64,000 nucleotides of DNA from Vulcanimicrobiota bacterium (GTDB taxonomy: Bacteria; Vulcanimicrobiota; Vulcanimicrobiia; Vulcanimicrobiales; Vulcanimicrobiaceae), in assembly GCA_963733295.1 (NCBI GenBank), contig CAVTCS010000003.1:864001-928000 (forward strand), read 5' to 3'. This document shows positions 58,937 to 64,000 of the stretch, piece after piece (positions within the stretch are counted from its first letter, which is position 1; each line of letters begins with the position of its first letter). Under the pieces are notes generated by a model that made no database searches, was not told the DNA's origin, and saw nothing but the letters and a program-made list of their open reading frames with translations. A program made the translations under genes and the position numbers.

Positions 58937-58964
58937 TCAAGCTTGGTTAATTACCAGCCGATAA
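58937..58964 (+). promoter_or_regulatory. Putative sigma28 promoter
   Basis: TCAAG-15nt-GCCGATAA. Confidence 0.5.
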
Positions 58965-59007
58965 CACCGCGCGTCCGCTCAACGGCGCGCGTCCGGGAAA
59001 GAGAAAG

Positions 59008-59217
59008 ATGACGCAGCGCAAGCAAGTCTCCAAAACCGTTCGTTGTGGGTTAACGCGCCGCGAAGTTCGTCTCACGGATGAGTCGACCGCGTTGATTCTC
59101 GACGATGTCGTACGCTTCAATTCGCCGGTGATATCTTGGTGCAACAACATGGACGTGCTTTGCTCCAGCCGCTGCCAGTATCGCGGCGGCACCGTCGACC
59201 CCACGCTCGCAGCCTAG
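59008..59217 (+). CDS. Small hypothetical protein with four Cys
   Basis: Purine-rich RBS; 69 aa ORF filling the intergenic gap. Confidence 0.5.
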   Translation: MTQRKQVSKTVRCGLTRREVRLTDESTALILDDVVRFNSPVISWCNNMDVLCSSRCQYRGGTVDPTLAA

Positions 59218-59282
59218 AGGTTCTGCCCCAGAGCTACCCGGAGGTAGGGCCCGCTCGCGGCCAACCCTAACTGAGGGCCATC

Positions 59283-61890
59283 GTGCCCGACCTTCCCGAA
59301 CTCGCGAAAAGCTACGAACCCTCCGCCGTTGAAGCGCGCCGCTACGCCGTCTGGCTCGAGAGCGGCGTTTTTCATGAGGAACCCGACCCGGCCCGGCCTC
59401 CCTTCATCATCTCGATGCCGCCGCCGAACATCACCGGTCGCGCGCACCTCGGCACGAGCTCGACCTTCACGCCGATGGACATCCTCACGCGCTATCACCG
59501 CATGCTCGGCGAGAACGCCGATTGGCTTCCGGGTCAAGACCACGCCGCGATCGCGACCGAGGCGGTTCTCGTTCGCGAACTCGCCAAGGAAGGTCTCACT
59601 CGCGAAGGCATCGGACGCGAAGCCTTCCTCGAGCGTGCGTGGCAGTGGCGCGAGCAGTACGGGGGTGAGATCAACGAGGCGTTCCGCGCGCTCGGATTCG
59701 GACCGGACTGGTCGCGCGAGCGGTTTACGCTCGATGACGGCCTTTCGGCAGCCGTCGGCAAGGTGTTCGTGCAACTGTACCGCGACGGGCTCATCTATCG
59801 CGGGACGCGTCTGATCAACTGGGATCCGGTTTCGCAGTCGACGTTGTCCGATGCGGAGGTCGAGGACGAAGAGCGCGACGGATTTCTCTGGCACATCCGC
59901 TATCCGGGCGAGGACGGCTCGTTCTCCATCGAAGTCGCGACGACGCGTCCCGAAACGATGCTCGGCGATACCGCCGTCGCCGTTCATCCCGGCGACGAGC
60001 GCTACGCGCACCTCGTCGGGAAGCACGTGCGCCTGCCGCTGGTGGGCCGCTCGATCCCGATCCTCGCGGACGCGGCCGTCGAACGTGACTTCGGGAGCGG
60101 TGCGGTCAAGGTGACGCCGGCGCACGATCCGCTCGACAACGAGATCGGCGAGCGGCACGGCCTGCCGATGCCGAGCGTGATCGGATTCGACGCGAAGATG
60201 ACGAGCGAAGCGCCTGCGCCCTACGCCGGGCTCGATCGCTTCGAAGCGCGCAAGGCCGTCGTGCGGGATCTCGAAGCGCAAGGTCTGCTGGTCAAGGTCG
60301 AGCCGCGCCGGCACGTCGTGCCGGTGAGTTCGCGCAGCGGCGCGGTGGTCGAGCCGTTGCTTTCGCTGCAGTGGTTCTGCAAGATGGAAACGCTCGCCAA
60401 GCCCGCGCTGGAAGCTTACCGCGACGGACGAGTCCGCTTCGTTCCCGAGCGTTTCGGACGGACCTTCGAACACGGTCTCGAGAACATCAAGGACTGGAAC
60501 ATCTCGCGTCAGGTCTGGTGGGGACACCGCTTGCCGGTTTGGTACACTCCGAACGGCGACGAGGTCGTGGCGGAAACCGAAGCCGAAGCGTTGCGCATCG
60601 CGCGGGAGCGTTTCGATGCGAGCGAGCTGCGTCAGCGATTCGGATACGCTCGACACCTGGTTCTCGAGCGCGCTCTGGCCGTTCTCGATCTTAGGCTGGC
60701 CCGAACGGACCCCCGAACTCGAGCACTGGTACCCGAACCAAGTCCTGATCACGAGCCGCGACATCATCTTCCTCTGGGTCAGCCGCATGATGATGCTCGG
60801 CCTGCGTTTCGCCGGCGGGATCCCGTTCAGCCGGGTCTTCATCACGCCGCTCGTCTTCGACTTGCAGGGCCGCAAGATGTCGAAGAGCTTGAACAACGCG
60901 ATCGATCCGCTCGACCTGACCGCGAAATACGGAGCCGACGCGACGCGTTTCGGCATCGTGCGCCAGATGCGGCTCGAATCGCAGGAGCTGCGCTTCGACG
61001 AACGCGCGTGCGAGAAGTCCCGCGAGTTCAACAACAAGTTGTGGAACGCGCTGCGCTACGTGGCGAGCTTGAGCGAAGGGCTGCCCGCGCGCGGGCACGC
61101 TGCCGAAGAGCGAGGCGCTCTCGCTGGCCGACAAGTGGATCCTGACGCGGCTCGCCTCGACCGTCGAACGGACCACCCACGCCCTCGACCGCTTCGAGTT
61201 CGGCGTCGCGGCCGAGACCTTGCAAGAGTTCACGTGGTACGAATTCTGCGACTGGTACATCGAGGCGACGAAAGCTCCCGCGGCCGCCGCGACGCGCGGC
61301 GCGGTCTTGTCGTACGCCATGAACGTGCTGATGCGGCTCATCCATCCGATCGCGCCGTTCATCAGCGAGGAAATTTGGCAGGCTCTACCGCACGACGGTG
61401 CCACGATCGTGACGGCATCCTGGCCCGACGCCGAGCGAGATTCCCGTCGACCACGCCGCGGCCGCCCGCTACGAGCGTTTGCGGGAAGTCGTGCGGCGCG
61501 CCCGCGAGGTGCGAGTCGAACTCGGCCTGGCGCCGCAGCAGCGCTTGACGCTCGAGGTGCCGCTCGGCGCTCGATATCCGACGCGCGCACGCTGCTCGCG
61601 TTGCACGCGCACGCCGACGTCGCGGAGAGCTCCCAGAGGGGCTCGAACGGCGAGATCCCTTGCAGGCGGTGACCGTTCGCGCTCCGGCCGGCGTTTTGCG
61701 TACGCGCTACGCCAAGGACCTCTCGCGGTTGGACGCCGAGGTGGAGCGCTTGGAGAAGAAGCTCGCCAACGCACAGTTCACGAGCAAGGCCTCGGCCGAG
61801 ATCGTTGCGAAGGAGCGCGAAAAGCTCACCGGCTACGAAGCCGAACGCACACGCGTTCGCGAATTGCTCGCCGGGGTGCCAGCGGAGTGA
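59283..61890 (+). CDS. valS: Valine--tRNA ligase (several apparent indels)
   Basis: PPPNITG, DWNISRQ, DTLDTWFSS, KMSKS, FCDWYIE and C-terminal coiled coil, spread across shifted frames. Confidence 0.92.
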
Positions 61891-61894
61891 CCCG

Positions 61895-62455
61895 ATGAAG
61901 AGCGCGCTCGAAGCCCTGCGCGAACGCACGTTGATGTCGGCGCGGCAAATCGATCGCGTGCTGGCGCGCATCGCGCATCAAATTCTCGAGCCGGACGACG
62001 CGCAGGACGGGGTCGTCTTGATCGGCATTCGCCGCGGCGGCGAACAGCTCGCTCGGCGCTTGGCGGCCAAAGTCGAGGAAATCAGCGGCGAACGCCCGAG
62101 CCTCGGGTTCTTGAACATCAATCTGTACCGCGACGACGACGTCGCGCGCGCGCTGCCGGAATCGGAGATCCACGAAGACCTCACCGGAAAAGTCGTCGTC
62201 ATCTGCGACGACGTGTTGTTCACCGGCCGCACCGTCCGATCGGCGCTCGACGCGGTTACCGATCTCGGGCGGCCCAGCGTGATTCGCCTCGCGGTCCTGG
62301 TCGACCGCGGGTTGCGCGAACTGCCTGTCCAGGGCGACTACGTCGGCAAGACGATTCCGACCAGCCGGCGCGAGCACATCGAGGTTTCCCTCGCCAAGAC
62401 GTACTCGCCGGAAGACCGCGTGGTCATCCGCAGCGACGAGCATGCGGGGTCGTAG
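61895..62455 (+). CDS. pyrR: PyrR / uracil phosphoribosyltransferase
   Basis: RIAHQILE, LYRDD, DDVLFTGRT and VDRGLRELP. Confidence 0.92.
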   Translation: MKSALEALRERTLMSARQIDRVLARIAHQILEPDDAQDGVVLIGIRRGGEQLARRLAAKVEEISGERPSLGFLNINLYRDDDVARALPESEIHEDLTGKVVVICDDVLFTGRTVRSALDAVTDLGRPSVIRLAVLVDRGLRELPVQGDYVGKTIPTSRREHIEVSLAKTYSPEDRVVIRSDEHAGS

Positions 62456-63356
62456 CCTTCTCGATCTCGACGATCTCGAACCGTCCGAGCTGCGCTATCT
62501 CTTAGAACTGGCGCGCCGCTTCGACGCCGACCCGCCTTCGCGCGAACTGCTGCGCGGCGTTTCGGTCGTCAACCTTTTCTTCGAACCGAGCACGCGCACG
62601 TACACCTCGTTCGCGATCGCCGAAGCTCGCGTCGGAGCCGACGTGGTCGCGCTTCCGCCGGGCTCGTCCAGCCTCGGCAAAGGCGAGACGATCGCCGACA
62701 CCGCGATCACGCTGGCGGCAATGGGCGTGCGCGTGATCGTGACGCGGCATCCCGAATCGGGTTTCCCCTATCGCTTGGCGGAAGCGTTCGAGGGTCACGT
62801 GATCAATGCGGGCGACGGGCGCCACGCCCACCCGACGCAAGCACTCCTCGATTTGCTCACGCTACAGATCGAGTTCGGACGGATCGAGGGTCTGCGCGTG
62901 GCGCTGGTCGGCGACATCGCGCATAGCCGGGTCGCGCGCTCGAACGTGATCGGACTTCGCGCGCTTGGTGCGGAGGTTACGCTCGTCGGGCCGCCCACGC
63001 TCTTGCCGGCTTCGATGGAACAACCCGGCGTGCGCATCTCGCGCGATCTCGATCGCGTCCTCCCCGAGGTGGACGCGGTCATGCTGTTGCGCATCCAACG
63101 CGAACGCATCGCTTCGGCCGTCTTACCGTCGCTCGAAGACTACGCGCGGAACTATCGCCTGGATGCCCGGCGTTTGCAGGCCTTGAGGCCGCAGGCGATC
63201 GTCATGCACCCTGGACCGTACAATCGGGGCGTCGAGTTGACCGAAGACGTGCTCGGGTTCGCCGGCTGGCGTTACGCACAGCAGGTCTCGCACGGCGTGC
63301 CTGTCCGCATGGCGGTTCTCGACTTTCTCGTGCACGGCGCCGCCGCGCCCGTCTAA
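62442..63356 (+). CDS. pyrB: Aspartate carbamoyltransferase catalytic subunit
   Basis: FFEPSTRT, HPTQALLD, LRIQRER and MHPGP. Confidence 0.95.
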   Translation: MRGRSLLDLDDLEPSELRYLLELARRFDADPPSRELLRGVSVVNLFFEPSTRTYTSFAIAEARVGADVVALPPGSSSLGKGETIADTAITLAAMGVRVIVTRHPESGFPYRLAEAFEGHVINAGDGRHAHPTQALLDLLTLQIEFGRIEGLRVALVGDIAHSRVARSNVIGLRALGAEVTLVGPPTLLPASMEQPGVRISRDLDRVLPEVDAVMLLRIQRERIASAVLPSLEDYARNYRLDARRLQALRPQAIVMHPGPYNRGVELTEDVLGFAGWRYAQQVSHGVPVRMAVLDFLVHGAAAPV

Positions 63357-63378
63357 TTCGTCCGGAAAACGCAGCGCG

Positions 63379-64000
63379 CTAGCGCGCCATCGACGCGTAT
63401 TCTTCGGCTTCTTCGATCCTCGAGAGGACCCAATCGAATTGGCCGCTCATGACGGCCGCGCCGCAATAGGTGCACTGACCGATTTGGTTGAGCGTGAGCG
63501 GCGCACCGCAGTTGGGACAGGTCTTGGAATTGAGGCCGGGAGCGCCGCTCTTGGCGGCGACGCCGCGTTGGAAGGTCCAGAACTCGACGAACGGGCGCGG
63601 GGTGCGGTCGCCGAACACGATCGCGCCCGTGCTTTCGTCGGTTTCGTAGTCGGCGCACGTCGCGCTCACGCGCACCGTCACGTCGTCAAAGGCGCGTCCG
63701 TGCACGACCTTCACCGGCTGCACCGCATCGACGCGCAATCCTTCGAGAACGTTGCGGCGACGGTCGGCGATCATGCGCTCGAGCTGGCTGCGCCAGCCGA
63801 AGTAGCAGCCCGGACTGAGGAACGTGCGTGCAGTGTTGACGTCGCGGGCTTGCCAGGCCGTTTGCAGCGTAAAGAACGCCTTCTCGACGCGTGCCAGAAA
63901 GGCGCGCTCGTCGAAGGCCGGATCCGCGGCTCGCAACTTGGCGAAGCCTTCCACCGGAGCGAGCACCTCGGCGCCGTCGAGCGCGCCTGCGGCGCCGCCC
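63379..64000 (-). CDS. Tim44-like domain protein with C-terminal zinc ribbon (5' truncated by window)
   Basis: DPAFDERAFL...LQTAW...EFWTFQR; CPNCGA...CTYCG. Confidence 0.8.
   Translation of the reverse strand, partial: GGAAGALDGAEVLAPVEGFAKLRAADPAFDERAFLARVEKAFFTLQTAWQARDVNTARTFLSPGCYFGWRSQLERMIADRRRNVLEGLRVDAVQPVKVVHGRAFDDVTVRVSATCADYETDESTGAIVFGDRTPRPFVEFWTFQRGVAAKSGAPGLNSKTCPNCGAPLTLNQIGQCTYCGAAVMSGQFDWVLSRIEEAEEYASMAR

Noticed and set aside
60630..61660. Programmed frameshifting in valS
   Set aside because: Multiple scattered shifts with no slippery sites; sequencing error is simpler
61895..62455. PyrR-binding attenuator upstream of pyrR
   Set aside because: Only 4 nt separate valS and pyrR; no leader visible

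Overview
A GC-rich bacterial chromosome segment. Gene content and order (rlmB-sigH, Firmicute-like LexA box, Flp/Tad genes, FliA/WhiG) suggest a Terrabacteria member, most likely Eremiobacterota/Vulcanimicrobiota; this is inference, not verified. Housekeeping content: rlmB, sigH, 7 tRNAs, rpmG-secE-nusG-rplKAJL, hppA, ftsY-recA-recX, purA, rlmD-gatCAB-mutS2-tyrS, hslO, aroQ, hup, valS-pyrR-pyrB. The most striking accessory feature is two tandem, diverged five-gene Tad/Flp cassettes (flp - TadE-like - TadG-like - TadE-like with Pro/Thr stalk and C-terminal WF - A24 peptidase). They have no assembly-machine genes and are divergent from a fliJ/flbD/fliO/atypical cheY mini-operon. Also notable: a third, canonical flp behind a sigma28-like promoter and a structured GGA-rich leader; an orphan DUF692 (MNIO) fusion; a beta-propeller + MoaD/ThiS pair; and a LexA-type box upstream of ftsY rather than recA. 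Clusters of frameshifts (17.9-18.9 kb, 58 kb, valS) are probably assembly indels. No CRISPR, rRNA or intact mobile element was seen.
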